A DNA stretch of 64,000 bases. It comes from the human T2T-CHM13v2.0 reference genome, Homo sapiens. Made by a program: the position numbers and the translations under genes. The DNA is taken from assembly GCF_009914755.1 (NCBI RefSeq), contig NC_060940.1; one strand, 5' to 3'. The notes below the pieces were generated by a model. The model made no database searches. It worked only from the letters and a program-made list of their open reading frames with translations, and was not told where the DNA came from. Every line of letters starts with the position of its first letter. Within the stretch, counting starts at the first letter, position 1. Positions 43,542 to 58,984 of the stretch are shown here, piece by piece.

Positions 43542-45100
43542 TAATAGATTACAGCCCAAATATCACAATCGTAATTGAAACAGATTTGTTTGTTAGAAGA
43601 GGGGGAGGTATTAATGAGGCTACACAGGCACTGCTGTGAACCAGGAAAACTACACAGTGTGGGTATGAGGGAGTGAAGAATACATTTATGTTTTAGGTCT
43701 CACTTCTTTCTTTGCCTGTATTAAGTAGTAAGGGGGAGAACTAACAAGGTACCTCTGCATTTAATGGTTCTTTTGCAGTTTGGCTGAACTGTGTCTTGAA
43801 ATCCTTGAAGAGCATTACTAAGATGGTATAGAAGTTGCTTGCTTAAAAGGAGAAAAGAAAAAGCTTTAATATAGACAACTCAATAGCTGAACTACTCTTG
43901 CAATGTGAATAGCCATTCCTTGGGTTTCTAAATGATTTTCACACTTCCCACACTTGTTTAAATTTGTAATATCCTTTATGGTTTTCCTTTATTGGCCAGG
44001 AGAAGAAAAACACCCTGAAGATCTAGGTATCCATCAAAGCTGATGGAATACACTAATAAAATCCTGTGTCATATTAAAATGTAAAATATATGCTGGCATA
44101 ATATTGTCTGAGTCAATCCAATGGAATAACATAATTAATAGTGGCTTTGATAATTAATTTATAGGAGGAAGAAGCTGAGGACAGCTTAGTTCTTTCTGTC
44201 TCTGTATTCCTCCCACCCCCTCATCTTTTCTCCTGCTCTCTGTCTTTCTCTCTCTCTCTCTTTTTAACTAGCTGCTGTTTGCTTCATCCAAATATGCATG
44301 GAAAAGTTTTAAGTGGTTGTTGAAACTCCCAGAGGCCTGTTTACTTCAAGGTAGAAGCAGGAAAGCTGCCATAATTCAGAAAGCAGCTTCTGGCATGAGA
44401 TGAAAGTCAGATCAGCTCAAGTTGGGGTCAGAATTTAGAGGCCCCACTGGAGTGTTTATGCTTGTATCTGTAGTCCAGATAAGTTAGTGGAAGAAATTGT
44501 TCCCTGTGGCAGGTCATGAATCTAATTACACTAGAAATATTACTACAAGCGCTTCATTGAAAATTGCTAAGCAATGTATGCTATCTATGGCTTTCGTACC
44601 TTCAAATCACATATATGTGGACCACATCTTCCACGTGGGCCCACAGACCCATAACTCAAGCCATGGTTTCTCAGCAGAAAACAGACCCCAGAGAGCTCCT
44701 GTTCCTGAACATCTGTCTAAAAAAATGCCCTCTTAGAGATGAGAGAAACAGAGACCTTACTTGAACAAAGAGAGAGGAGCACTGAAGTCTCAGGAGCTGA
44801 TCAGGAAACACAGAAAGGAAATAAGTCGATGGTTTTAAGAGCTAGCTCAGTGCCACCCATGTTGCAATGTAGGTTCTGGATCTAGGCCTTTTTCCTGTTT
44901 TATGACTATTGGATATCTCTCTTAAAAGGGGCATAGTTATTTTCTGTTTTTTTTTTTTTTTTGTTAATTTTATGTATTTTTTATTTCCATAGGTTTTGGG
45001 GGAACAAGTGGTGTTTGGTTACATGAGTGAGTTCTTGAGTGGTGACTCCTGAGACTTTGGTGTACCCATCACCCGAGCAGTATACCCTGAATCCGATTTG

Positions 45101-45761
<661 letters not shown>

Positions 45762-46004
45762 TAGGCTTCGCATTCTTGTAGCTTAGCTCTCACTGATGAG
45801 TGAGAACATACAATGTTTTGTTTTCCATTCCTGAGGTAAGGTGACCTCGTTCTAATTTTATCAAATACAGTATGTCAAGCAACAACACAACAAAACAAAT
45901 GGGTATAGTTATATCTGGTTTGAATAGAGGCTGTGGGTTCAAAATGAGGATAAGTCCAGACCTCATGGAAACCTCCACTGGCATAGCCTGGTGATTCACA
46001 CAGG

Positions 46005-46270
46005 AAGGGTTTTGAAATCAGATGTTCCTGCGTCATAATCTCACGCTGACGCTTACTAAGCCTGTAACATCATGCAAGCCAGTTATCTCTCAGCCTCGAC
46101 TTGGTCATCTGCAAAATGGGTAACTGTCACATTACTTGCCTTGCAAGGTTATTAGGTTGGTACAAAAGTAATTACGGTTTTTGCTTTTAAAGGTAATGGC
46201 AAAGATTGCAGTCACTTTTGCACCAAGTTAGTATAAAGATAATGGTATAAGCAAGGTTATGAATAAGTAT
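46005..46270 (+). mobile_element. MIR hosting MADE1
   Basis: 'ctctcagcctcgacttggtcatctgcaaaatggg...ttgcaaggtt'. Confidence 0.65.
46152..46231. mobile_element. MADE1 (Hsmar1-derived 80-bp MITE)
   Basis: 'ttaggttggtacaaaagtaattacggtttttgc...ggcaaagattgcagtcacttttgcaccaagttag'; 80 bp, flanked by TA. Confidence 0.92.
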
Positions 46271-46710
46271 TTTCTATGTTGATAATTCTAGATCAGGGTA
46301 TTGTATGACATGTAGGCATTGTAACTGTAAAATAACTATGACGTAGGCAGGGTATTGCATCTGAATAAGCCAGGTAGTGAATCTATTATCCTACAGGTAG
46401 ATTCTTTTTTTCTGTAAGGTCTTTGAGGTAAGGTAGGAATAAGGGTAGTGGGAGCCAGCGGTGATGAGGATGACAAGATGGTCTAAATCTTCTCCCTCTC
46501 TGGCATTATTGCTGTTTATTTCCTTGGAGAGAGAATCTACTCTTGGTATTGGAATCAGAAGCAGGGAAACTAAGGGAATGAATATGAATGTCAAAGAAGA
46601 AATGGGATGCGGGTTTGAGCAAAGAAAATATTAGTTAATGAATGTTTTAGGAAATTTGCAATGTCTGGAAGGTAAACGTCTTTCTCATTACTAATGTGAC
46701 TACAGGTCGT

Positions 46711-47023
46711 ACTGTGTGTTAATTTGAAAATAGCCTGTTCATTTGAATATAAGAACAAATACAAAACAATGTAAAAAAATGAAAGGGTAATAAAAAGCAA
46801 TTGTGTGTTTCCATATTTGAAAAAGAATTCAATTAGCAAGCAACTATATTTTATATTTAATATTCAAAATGGTTATGTTTTTTGTTTTACTGAATATTCT
46901 CAATGCTTCCATTGTTGAAAATTTTTGCTAACAAGGGTCAATTATATAAATTTTTATTGGAGGAAATAGGAATGCTGCATAGTTTTAATTCTGTTCTGGA
47001 ACTTCTTTTGTTTAGTGTTTCTA
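46711..47023 (-). repeat. Right arm of the 311-bp inverted repeat (likely donor)
   Basis: See 45101-45411; embedded in AT-rich sequence with no visible junction. Confidence 0.98.
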
Positions 47024-47799
47024 TATACATTTTCTAGGTAGAATAAAATCCATTGTACATATTTTAAAAAGGAAAAAGTAGTCCGGAGTGAGTCCTTCCC
47101 ATTGACTGCTTTGGACATTATAATCTGCCATCTCTTCCTCTGGGGCATCCAGGAGACAAGCCCTAGGAGACTGAGACATGGAATGGTGATTTCATAATAA
47201 AACAAGAGACAACAGGGCAATTCAGTGTTCAGCGCCGTGGAGCTGTGCACTGTTGAGGAACACATCAGGGCAGCCTGGCCCACAGATTTAGAAACAGAGT
47301 GAGACTAGAAGGGCCATCTGCTGAGTAAGTAGAGACCTCAAGATGTACAGCGTGTGTTTTATGATCCGGAAGGTAGATTTTCCCCCCGTTCATGTAAAGC
47401 ACTTCAAGGACTTGGTAATGGGACAAGGAGCTTTTAACCTCCAGGTTACTGGTTAAGAAATGTCCCACATCGATAGTGACCAGAAGGCATTGCCGTCTGC
47501 TGGCTGCGCAGTGGCCTATGTAAATGACTTTAAGGTCTCAAAGCAAACCATTATGGGCCGACTTTCTATCCCACCAACTCTTAACTCCGAGTACAATGAC
47601 CCAGACTCAGACTCCTTGAAGTAGTCCCCGTGGAGCCTGATGGGAGGACGGCAGGTGGCTAACAGCGGCGGCTTCCATGTGGGACTCTGCTGTGGCAATG
47701 TTTTTTTTTGGAACTCACTTATTTTTATAGTTTAAAAGAACACACTTTATTTTTCACTCTGGTGAGAGACTTTTTAATTATGTCTTTTGCTGAGCATTT

Positions 47800-48000
47800 C
47801 AAGATGGTATCAGCATCTGACATTTGAAATGCCTTCTTTGCCAGGCACTCTGATAAGTGCTTAACCTGTAGGGTATCATTTAATCCTCCCCACTCTTCGT
47901 GAGTTAGAACTCTGTTTCTTGTTTTATAAAGTAGGAGACTGGGGCAGAGAAAAATGAGGAGATCTGCCTGAAGCCACAGAAGCAGGGTAGGATTCAAGAC
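47800..48000 (-). mobile_element. MIR
   Basis: 'tgccaggcactctgataagtgctt...tcatttaatcctcc...gagactggggcagaga...ggattcaa'. Confidence 0.8.
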
Positions 48001-48139
48001 CTCCCCTTTGTTTAGCTAGGATTCATGTTCATTTCTTTATTCCATCCAATTTTCTAAAACATTTTTAAGAATCAGCGTCCCTTTATGTTTTTCCTAATAG
48101 AGGTTTCTGTGACCTCTTAGCACACATGAACTAATGCAG

Positions 48140-48718
48140 GAATGTGCAGACACTGTCCGTCACCTTCCTCACAGTTACCTCTCCTGCTTCCCCCACAGCT
48201 AATGGAACATTGATTTTGTTAAAGGATTGGGAAGCCATTTGTTTCACAGGGGCCTTTTCTAGCCCCACCCAGTGAATCATGGTTGGCTTTGACTGATCGT
48301 AAAATGCTTTGACCAACAATAAAACATTTCCTTGCCAGTGATTTGTCTTGGATGAACATGCCCATGTATGTGAAGAGCTCAGATGGGGCATGCCCTTGAG
48401 AAGGTTTCTTGATCTTCACAGAGCTATAGAAAAGAGAATGCTTATTTTCTTTCTTTTGGCAAAGTTGTGTGGGGAGCTGTTGAGTCCAACATGTAACAGT
48501 GAGACGAGGTGGCCAGCTTGGCCACCTGTGGGACAATGCTGAGGGTTGTGGGGGGATCCAAGAGGACTTCCCTCCCCACTTCCCAGTGGCCAACTCTGCC
48601 ACTGACCTGAGTTGTTTTCCTTCCTTGTGTGGTAGCATGGGTGAAACCAGAGACGTGCTTATTTCAGTCCATTGGGGGCTCTTGTGTTACTCGTAACTGG
48701 GCATTCTTGCTGAAATGG
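48140..48718 (+). mobile_element. MLT1K-like LTR
   Basis: 'gtgaatcatggttggc...cttgccagtgatt' and terminal 'tgttactcgtaactgggcattctt'. Confidence 0.5.
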
Positions 48719-48748
48719 GTAGTCTGTATACTATGTTTATTTAAATGT

Positions 48749-49042
48749 ATTTTATTTCTTATTATTTTAAGAGACAGGGTCTTCTTACGTCACCCAGACT
48801 GGATGGCAGGGGCATGATTATGGTTCACCATAGCCCCGAACTCCTGAGCTCACGTGATCCTCCCACCTTTGCTTCTCAAGTTGCTGGGACTGTAGGTGGG
48901 CAGTGACTAATTGTTTTTCGCATTTTTTTGTAGAGATGGGGTCTTGCTATGTTGCCTAGGCTGCTCTCTCACTCCTGGTCTCCAGTGATCCTCCACCATG
49001 GCCTCCCAAAGCGCTGGGATTAGAGGTGTGAGCCAACACCCC
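48749..49042 (-). mobile_element. AluJ
   Basis: 'gagacagggtctt...ttttgtagagatggggtcttgctatgttgcctaggctg'. Confidence 0.9.
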
Positions 49043-49234
49043 TCTAATATAAATAAATCATTTTATAAATTATTTATAAAAATTTATTTTTATGATTTGA
49101 TTTATTTATATTCCCTTTAAAGTGTACAAATAAAAGAGACATAAATGTAGAGGTGATGATACAACTTTCAGTGTACACAGCAAACAGGTGGCCAAGGTAA
49201 GCCCAGAAACCATTTGCCCTACTTCTCTGGGCAA

Positions 49235-49427
49235 ATGGTTGCCAGATACAACACAGGATGCCCAGGTAAATTTGAATTTCAGAGAGTCAATGAATATTTT
49301 CCCTTAGTATCAGTATGGCCTAAATATTTCATGAAGGCCTACTTACACCAGTCATTTCAGTTGTTTATCTGAAGTGCAAATTTAGCTAGACTTTCTGTAT
49401 TTTTATTTGCTAACTGTGGTAATCCTA
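49235..49427. mobile_element. MER53 palindromic hAT MITE
   Basis: 'ggttgccagatacaacacaggatgcccaggtaaatttgaatttcag...ttgtttatctgaagtgcaaattt...ctgtatttttatttgctaa...ggtaatccta'. Confidence 0.85.
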
Positions 49428-49489
49428 TTCTGCCAGGACTACATGCTTTTTATCATTTGTCTTCCTATTTTTGGACTCTTATTTGAAAA

Positions 49490-50070
49490 TACTAAATACC
49501 CAGCCACCACTAACTTAAGCCAAAGAAGTTTATTTGTAAGCTTAATTTCTAGGTGTAATTTATATGCATATATAAATACAAGTTATATATATATGCCCAT
49601 ATATAAAATGCATACATAATTATATTGTAATTATATGATGCAAAATTGAATGTATAGGTTTAAATAATTTATAGGCTTATGTAACTCTGCTCTCTGTTAT
49701 ATTTCTTGCCAAGTGGATTTTGCTAAGATAATTATCAGCAATGTTAGACTTATGTCCTATCATCTTTGTGAACTCCAGTGAAAAGAAAGCTACCTTTTTT
49801 CCAAGAGTTGAAAGCACCAAGATTAGATCCTATTGGATGGATTTAAGTCATATGTTGATTCCTAAACTAATTACTATGAGCAGAAAGATGAGATATACTA
49901 ATTGGCTGAACCTGGTCATGTGACCACATTTGAAGATGGAGGATAATGATACAGCAAATCATATCCAAACCAATGGAAACTAGGAGCGGGGAGATTCCCC
50001 GAGATAAAACCCGAACGCTTTTACAAAATGAAAGTGGAGTGGCTTCTGGGCAACAAATAATGATGTCCAC
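49490..50070 (-). mobile_element. Old MLT1 (L/N-like) LTR
   Basis: 'ctattggatggatttaagtcatatg...ctaattggctgaacctggtcatgtgacc'. Confidence 0.45.
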
Positions 50071-50822
50071 TTTAGTCCCTAGGTATCAGACACAATGCTG
50101 GTCTGAAGAATGTGATGCTTGCAACTGTCCGGCGGGGCCCTGGACTTCTCTGAATCGGTATTTTGCTGAAAGTGGGTGGAGGGAAGTGAAGGTTCTGCAT
50201 CACAGGCGATGCACCTACAGCAATCAGATATTTGTGAACAAGGCTGTTTTGTTCTGTGTCAGAAGTTCAGTGGGGTTCAGCTTGTTAGTCAATAGTGAAG
50301 GAAATAATGGCAGCCCGTTCCAGTCTCGCCGTGCCTGTGAGGCCTCCTTTGATTTTTCCGTCGTAAAGAATCTCATTTGATTTTTATATAAAACTCAGAT
50401 TTGAATTTTATTGGAGTACTTATACATGATTGCCTTTCAGTGAAACTTACTGTCATTTTAGCCGTAATGTTCTAGCAAATGGAGTGGTGTTTTTTAGTTT
50501 CTTTTAAATTGTTTCATTAAGCAAATATTTATTGACCACTGCACATGAGTTAGGCATTGCGGATGACAGAGAAAAAGTCAGACAAAAGTCCATGTCTTGG
50601 GGAGCTTACCTGAAGACATTTTGCTGTGTGTATGACAGAAGTAAACGGTCCAAGTTTCTGCATTTAAATATTATGTTCTCTACAATTATATTGCTCTGGG
50701 AAACTGGGGAGAGGGCACGTCTGGGAATTTGAATTCTAAGAGAGAATAGACAGGCACCTATTAAAAGTGAAGTTGGTTTTCTAGCTTTTTCTGACTAGGT
50801 GAAATTTCTCTGTCATAGGTTT

Positions 50823-51295
<473 letters not shown>

Positions 51296-51989
51296 TAGGT
51301 TTTTGGGGGGAGAAGCTCCTTTCTTCTTAGTGGTTGGAATAGTTGTGAGCAAAGAATGCTCAAAGATGGGCATTCTTTGAGGACATTTGTGTTCACCAGA
51401 GGACAGCAAGTGCTTGAAGGCAGAAGCCATCCAGTTCCACTGCACACAGCACAGGGTCTGCCCTAAATGGAGAACCCAATAAAGACTTGTTGAATGGAGG
51501 AAAGTTTGCCTTCCCCTCCTGCTTTTTTCACTCTGGCCATTGACCTTCCCACGTCTCAGACAGATGAGGAAATGTCATGTTAATATCAAGAAGTATGTAC
51601 AGTGAATGTGCTCTTAACCTCATTTTTCTGCAGCTTCATTCTATGTTTCCTTAAAGATTTCGCAGGGATGAGATTTGGTTCCACCCATTGCCCACATGTA
51701 CAAAAATGACAGAAGACTGACTTGAAGTGGGCATGCAAAGTAACATTGCTTTTCCAAAGTGCCAAGAGGAGGATATTCGGTATTAAATCAGTATCTCCTT
51801 AAATTTTGCTGCTCTTTTCTTTTGCCAGCCTTAAGGTGCTTTAATAACTGTGAGACATAGTAGCCAGGTGCTTCCTAAGGGAACCTGAGACTTACTTAAA
51901 CCTCTTCCCACCACAGGTCAATAGAATATACCTGTGATTGTTCTTACCTTCAGTGAAGATGCTTATGCCTTATTGAGGCATTTACTGAT

Positions 51990-52330
51990 ACAAAAAAATG
52001 CCAGGCCAGTCTGACATCTTAACCTAAATCTACAGGGTTTATAAGGTAATGTGTACCTGCAGGAATATTTTTTCCTAACCTTAATTAAATGCAAGGGGAA
52101 CAATTGTAATAGGAGTGCCATTTTAGGGAGGAAGTAGGAGGTCTGATTTATGGCTGTCAATTGTTGCCTCTGTTTTTTTCTTAATGTGTATATTTGAGGT
52201 GTATGCAACATGATATTATAGGATATATATAGATAGTAAAGTGGTTATGATAGAGAAGCAGATTAAGATATTTATCATCTCACAAACTTTTTTTCTGTGA
52301 CAAAAGCAGCTAAAATATACTTGTCTAAAA
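51990..52330 (+). repeat. Local direct duplication of about 55630-55958 (unique flank plus an L1MA 3' tip)
   Basis: Shared blocks 'aaaaatgccagg.cagtctgaca', 'tttataaggt.atgtgtacct', 'cttaattaaatgcaaggggaacaatt', 'gttgcctctgt', 'gtatatttgaggt'. Confidence 0.93.
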
Positions 52331-52339
52331 TAGGGAAGT

Positions 52340-53000
52340 CAACCTTGATGCTTCACTTCCCTTTTGTATCTGGGGCTTGCTCACCTCTTGGCCCCTCCAG
52401 CACCATCACCCTGGGCAAACACCGTCATCTTTGAGTCATTACCACCAGAGCCTCATACACAGATCCTGCATCTAGATTCTCCTCCATCCAGCCCGAGTCA
52501 TGCTTTAAATGCACGCATCTTCTCCTGTCTGTTCCCAGTGGCTTTATCACACAATGGTTTTGTGAGAACAAAGCTGGAGGTCCTCATCCTTGCTTGCAAG
52601 GCTCTCCATAACCTGGTTCCTGGCACCACTCCCATCTTGCCTCCTGCAACTGCAGTCGTTCCTCTAGGAGCCATCCTTATTCCATCCTGTCTTGGGCCTT
52701 TGCACTTGCTGATCTCTCTTGATCCTCTCAAGATCAGCTCTGTTGTCCCATGAATGCCTTAATCTCGAGTGTCCTTTCCTCAGACAGCCTTTTCTGAGAT
52801 TGCCCTCATCGCTCTCCGCACACGATCCTGCTTTATCATATCATGACTAGAACATTCGCCCCTTGTTCATTTGTGTTCTATCTCTCCTTCTTTCTACCGA
52901 CAATGGAATGCGAGCTCCATGAGCACAGTGGTGTTTCCCAGCTTTATTCTGCAGCCCTGCCCCTTGAACAGGCTTTAATAAATCATTGTTAAATAAATAA
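52340..53000 (+). mobile_element. L2
   Basis: 'gcaaggctctccataacctgg...gggcctttgcacttgctg...gagctccatgag...aataaatcattgtt'. Confidence 0.75.
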
Positions 53001-53017
53001 ATGGAGAAGTGATCACT

Positions 53018-53331
<314 letters not shown>

Positions 53332-53939
53332 TCAGTAAATTATCTTACTCTCTCTCCATCCCATTGGCTGGGGCAGCTGACTAACAAAATAGCCCACACA
53401 AGGGAAGCAGGGGTTTTGTCCTGCAGAGAAAACCTCATAGAATTTAACATCCGCGTCCAAACATAAACACTCAGGAAATATGTCTGGAAAGGAATTGCAT
53501 GGCATCTGCTTCCTTCCATGGTGACTTTCAAATGACAAATGCCCAACATCATTTAGGGTGGTAGAGCCCCTTTGAAAGAGCTGGAGCTGATTGCTTCTAT
53601 CATGCCCAGAAAAAGTCATTGTCATCTACACACACCTGGCTTACATTTGGAGAAAATGAGCTTCTGGTTTCTGTCTTGCTCCAAGATTGAAATTTCCGTG
53701 CTTTGTGTTACTATTACCAACAGATACTTTTCTTTTGTGAAGCGTCTAGCCAGCTCCCTAATCACTGGGAACAAACTTTGAGTAGGTTGAACCAAAGGAG
53801 GTGTCAGAGTACATGCTTTCCAGCCAAATAAACCTTCAGAAACTGCAGGGGCTGGAGGCCCTCTCAGTCCTTCACAGCCAACTAAGGGTACTTATTTTTG
53901 AAAGTTGGACTTTTTTTCTTAGTTATTAACCAGCATTAG

Positions 53940-54377
<438 letters not shown>

Positions 54378-54576
54378 TAAGTGGGTGGTGCATCTATATA
54401 AAATGTGACAACTATTATCTGTTTAAGGAACGAAATGCAGGGCCAGTGAAACATAGATGACTCTTAGTGAAATACTGCAGAAGGTGGTTCTTCCTTCACC
54501 CAACAACAGTGGTAACAGTGTTTCCAAGGAAAGAACAACTCAAGGGAGACATTTAACCCCCAAAGAAAGTTCATAA

Positions 54577-54957
<381 letters not shown>

Positions 54958-55629
54958 TGAGCAACAGCAATAACTCCAGACAAAATGAGACCCAGAGAAG
55001 GTTAATTGTGAATCACCCTTTAGACACAGCACTGAAGGAAGGGTTGCGGTGTAAGTAGATACCTAGAATGGGATGCATATTGCCTGAAAAGATAATTTCT
55101 GGAAATGATGAGACTGGGATAAGGCCAAGGGGACTCACCTGGCCAAAATACAAATAGAGTGTTTCATACGTTACTTTTGCGGGGAGGTAAAGACCAGAGA
55201 ATGAGTGTCAAGGCACTTATTTTTTGAGAAATGATGAAAGATGAACAGCTTTTGGGAGCATGTTAAAACAGATTTCATCTGGGAATTTCATTTTGCACAA
55301 AGGAATCCTGTTTGAGCATAAGCGATTGGTAAGTTCATTGTTGTTATAGCCCTTGGTTATGCTAAATACGTTAGTAGCTGAAAGTTTCCAGGACTTGACA
55401 AATCAGATAAATCATGGAGTTTTTCTTTTCTAGTTTTTACCTGATTTTGGATGTTAATTTGTTGTTCATTGACAGTGGGATTTTCATGCAAATGTTGGGT
55501 GTTCTGTAAGCCTGAGAAGTCTCTTGGTGTCTTAGCCTCAAGATAGCAGAGACTTTACTGGTTATTGTTATTTGTTCTTTCCAAAATGTTTCCGCAGATC
55601 ATATTTTTAAATAAATTGTAAAACCAGTG

Positions 55630-56003
55630 ATTTGTAAAAATGCCAGGTCAGTCTGACACTGCAACCTAAATCTTCAGTATTTATAAGGTGATGTGTACCT
55701 ATAGGAATATTTTTTTTGCCCAATCTTAATTAAATGCAAGGGGAACAATTAGAAAGGCCCATATAGGGAGGAAATAAGAGGTCCAATTCTTGGTTGTCAG
55801 ACGTTGCCTCTGTGTTTTCTTATTGAGTATATTTGAGGTTTACAATGTGATGTTATGGGATACATATAGTAAGGTGGTTATAATAGAGACACAGATTAAC
55901 ATATTGTCACAGAGTTACATTTTTGTGACGAGAGTAGTTGAAATCTTCTTATTTAACAAAAATTGCTGATAGAATTTTATTAACTTTAGTCCTCACGCTG
56001 TAC
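55630..56003 (-). mobile_element. L1MA 3' tip (55815-56003) with unique flank; likely donor of the 51990 copy
   Basis: 'gtatatttgaggtttacaatgtgatg...cagattaacatat...ttattaactttagtcctcacgctgtac'. Confidence 0.7.
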
Positions 56004-56380
56004 TCAATGTTGCCTCTTTTGTTGTGTTTTATATTCTGTGACCATACGTTTTGTAATATTAATCATCATCCAAAGACTACACTGCAGAAGGAATTGTTTA
56101 CTTGGACATTAGTCTACATATGCAAAATCAGGCAGATATTTGTACTTCTGTATCTTTGAATTATATGTAATGTCAATTGCTAGATTTTTAAAAATATAAG
56201 CCTGATAATACTATAAATAATTATAAATTAAACTACATTTCTGAAAGCTAACTCTTCAAGTGATAGGATTGTTCTTTGCATACCTATTTGTATCCTCAGG
56301 AATCTTGCATTTCCAAAATATATATATATTAGTTAGAAGTGATGTTTTCCACAGAGTTCTTTTTTGCATTGTTATATTGA

Positions 56381-56681
<301 letters not shown>

Positions 56682-56959
56682 TATATGGAAATATTTTAAT
56701 TGCCTGTAAACACACTCAGTGGAGCTCGTTACAAGAAGACTGTCGATGTACTTGAAAAGTTTACTTCTGCATAATGCTAAATACCATGTCAGAAATCACA
56801 GAATCCTACGAAGTTGAATTTTTCATTAAAGGATCATAAGTAAAGTTTGGGGGGAAAGTGTACAGTTCAATAGATCTCAATATGAAATGGCATATTATTG
56901 TTATTTATATGTATATTTAATATTATATAAAACACTTTTGTTTTAACTTAAGCATTTGG

Positions 56960-57190
56960 ATTCTGATTCTTTGAGGCGTGATTATGGTTTTGTCATTCAC
57001 AGCTTAGCTATGTCATCTCAGATAAATTAATGAAATGTCCAAGCCTCAGCTTCGGCAGTTTTTAAATGGGAGTAATAGTATTAATACCCACCTGACAAGA
57101 TTACCCTGTAGACGGAACAAGATAATGTAAAATGATGAATGAAAGGCTTTACATACAGTAAGTGCTTAATAAATGACAGCTCATTATCAT
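56960..57190 (+). mobile_element. MIR
   Basis: 'aagcctcagcttc...taaatgggagtaatagta...cagtaagtgcttaataaatg'. Confidence 0.75.
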
Positions 57191-57436
57191 TATTGTTTTT
57201 ATATTTACTTTTTTTTGGTTGAAAATATTAATCTTCTGAACTACCCTTACCAGTGCCAAAACAACCGTAAAGAAACAATCGTGCAGTCCTGTTATCCACG
57301 TGGCATGAGTTACAGGGTTCATTATACTGAAGACAATAAAAACCAAAAAGAAAGCAGCACCTAGGAAGGAGCTATTTGCAGAAGTCTCACTCAAAAGAGC
57401 TCAAAATGAGAGTTCCAAACCTAATAAAGATAACAC

Positions 57437-57455
57437 GTTTGCCCTCTGGTGGACA
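57437..57455 (-). promoter_or_regulatory. Candidate CTCF site
   Basis: Minus strand TGTCCACCAGAGGGCAAAC contains the CCACCAGAGGGCA core. Confidence 0.55.
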
Positions 57456-58184
57456 TTCATTTTGAGTTAGAATTTTCTCTGCTAAGACTAGAGATTTTTC
57501 AACCTCCCTAAAATGTCAGGGTGTTGTAGCTGGAGTAGCAAACAGTTCTGCCTGCTTCGTTTGAATTTTGTCTGATAAATGTGCAGGTGAACGTCTAAAC
57601 GCACAACATGCATGGGCAAATGAAATGTTTTATGGCTACAGCGTAATGCTCTCCTCATTTTTGTTCAGCTCCTTCAGGAGTTAACAATTGCTAAGGGTTA
57701 TTTACAAGAAATCTGAGCTGTCTGATCACTCAACTGTGGAAGGTAAATGAGATTTTTAAGGTGAAGGGAAAAGGAGAGGCAAATGGTAAAATGGGCCAAT
57801 GCATGAAAAAGAGGGAGACGTCAAACTTAGGTACTGGAATTGCCGGGATGTTGTCATCAACGATTTGATTTGATGGGAAAGGGATGCTTAATGTTTCTTC
57901 TGTGAGGTGTGTGCCTGTACCACACACATGTACACATACAGTGGAGTGGAAAGTATTCCTGCAAAGGGCCGCAATTCTCAGAGTGTAGTCTTTTCTCTTC
58001 CTACTCGAATTGGTAAAAATAAATAATCAAGACTGTTTTGGTGGCTTCTGGTTCCCCAAGTAGAAAGCATCTTAGTTGGCAATTCAGTCACTGACCTTGA
58101 AATAGGACACCAGACCTATTGCTAAAACGTCTTCCACCTCACAGGCCTTCCCTGCCTGCTGTCCTGCTGAACTTGTTGACTCTA

Positions 58185-58984
<800 letters not shown>

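Noticed and set aside
47229-47249. RE1/REST-like TTCAGCGCCGTGGAGCTG (half-sites also near 14565 and 31080)
   Set aside because: The right half lacks the conserved GGACAG/GGAGAG, so these are partial matches only.
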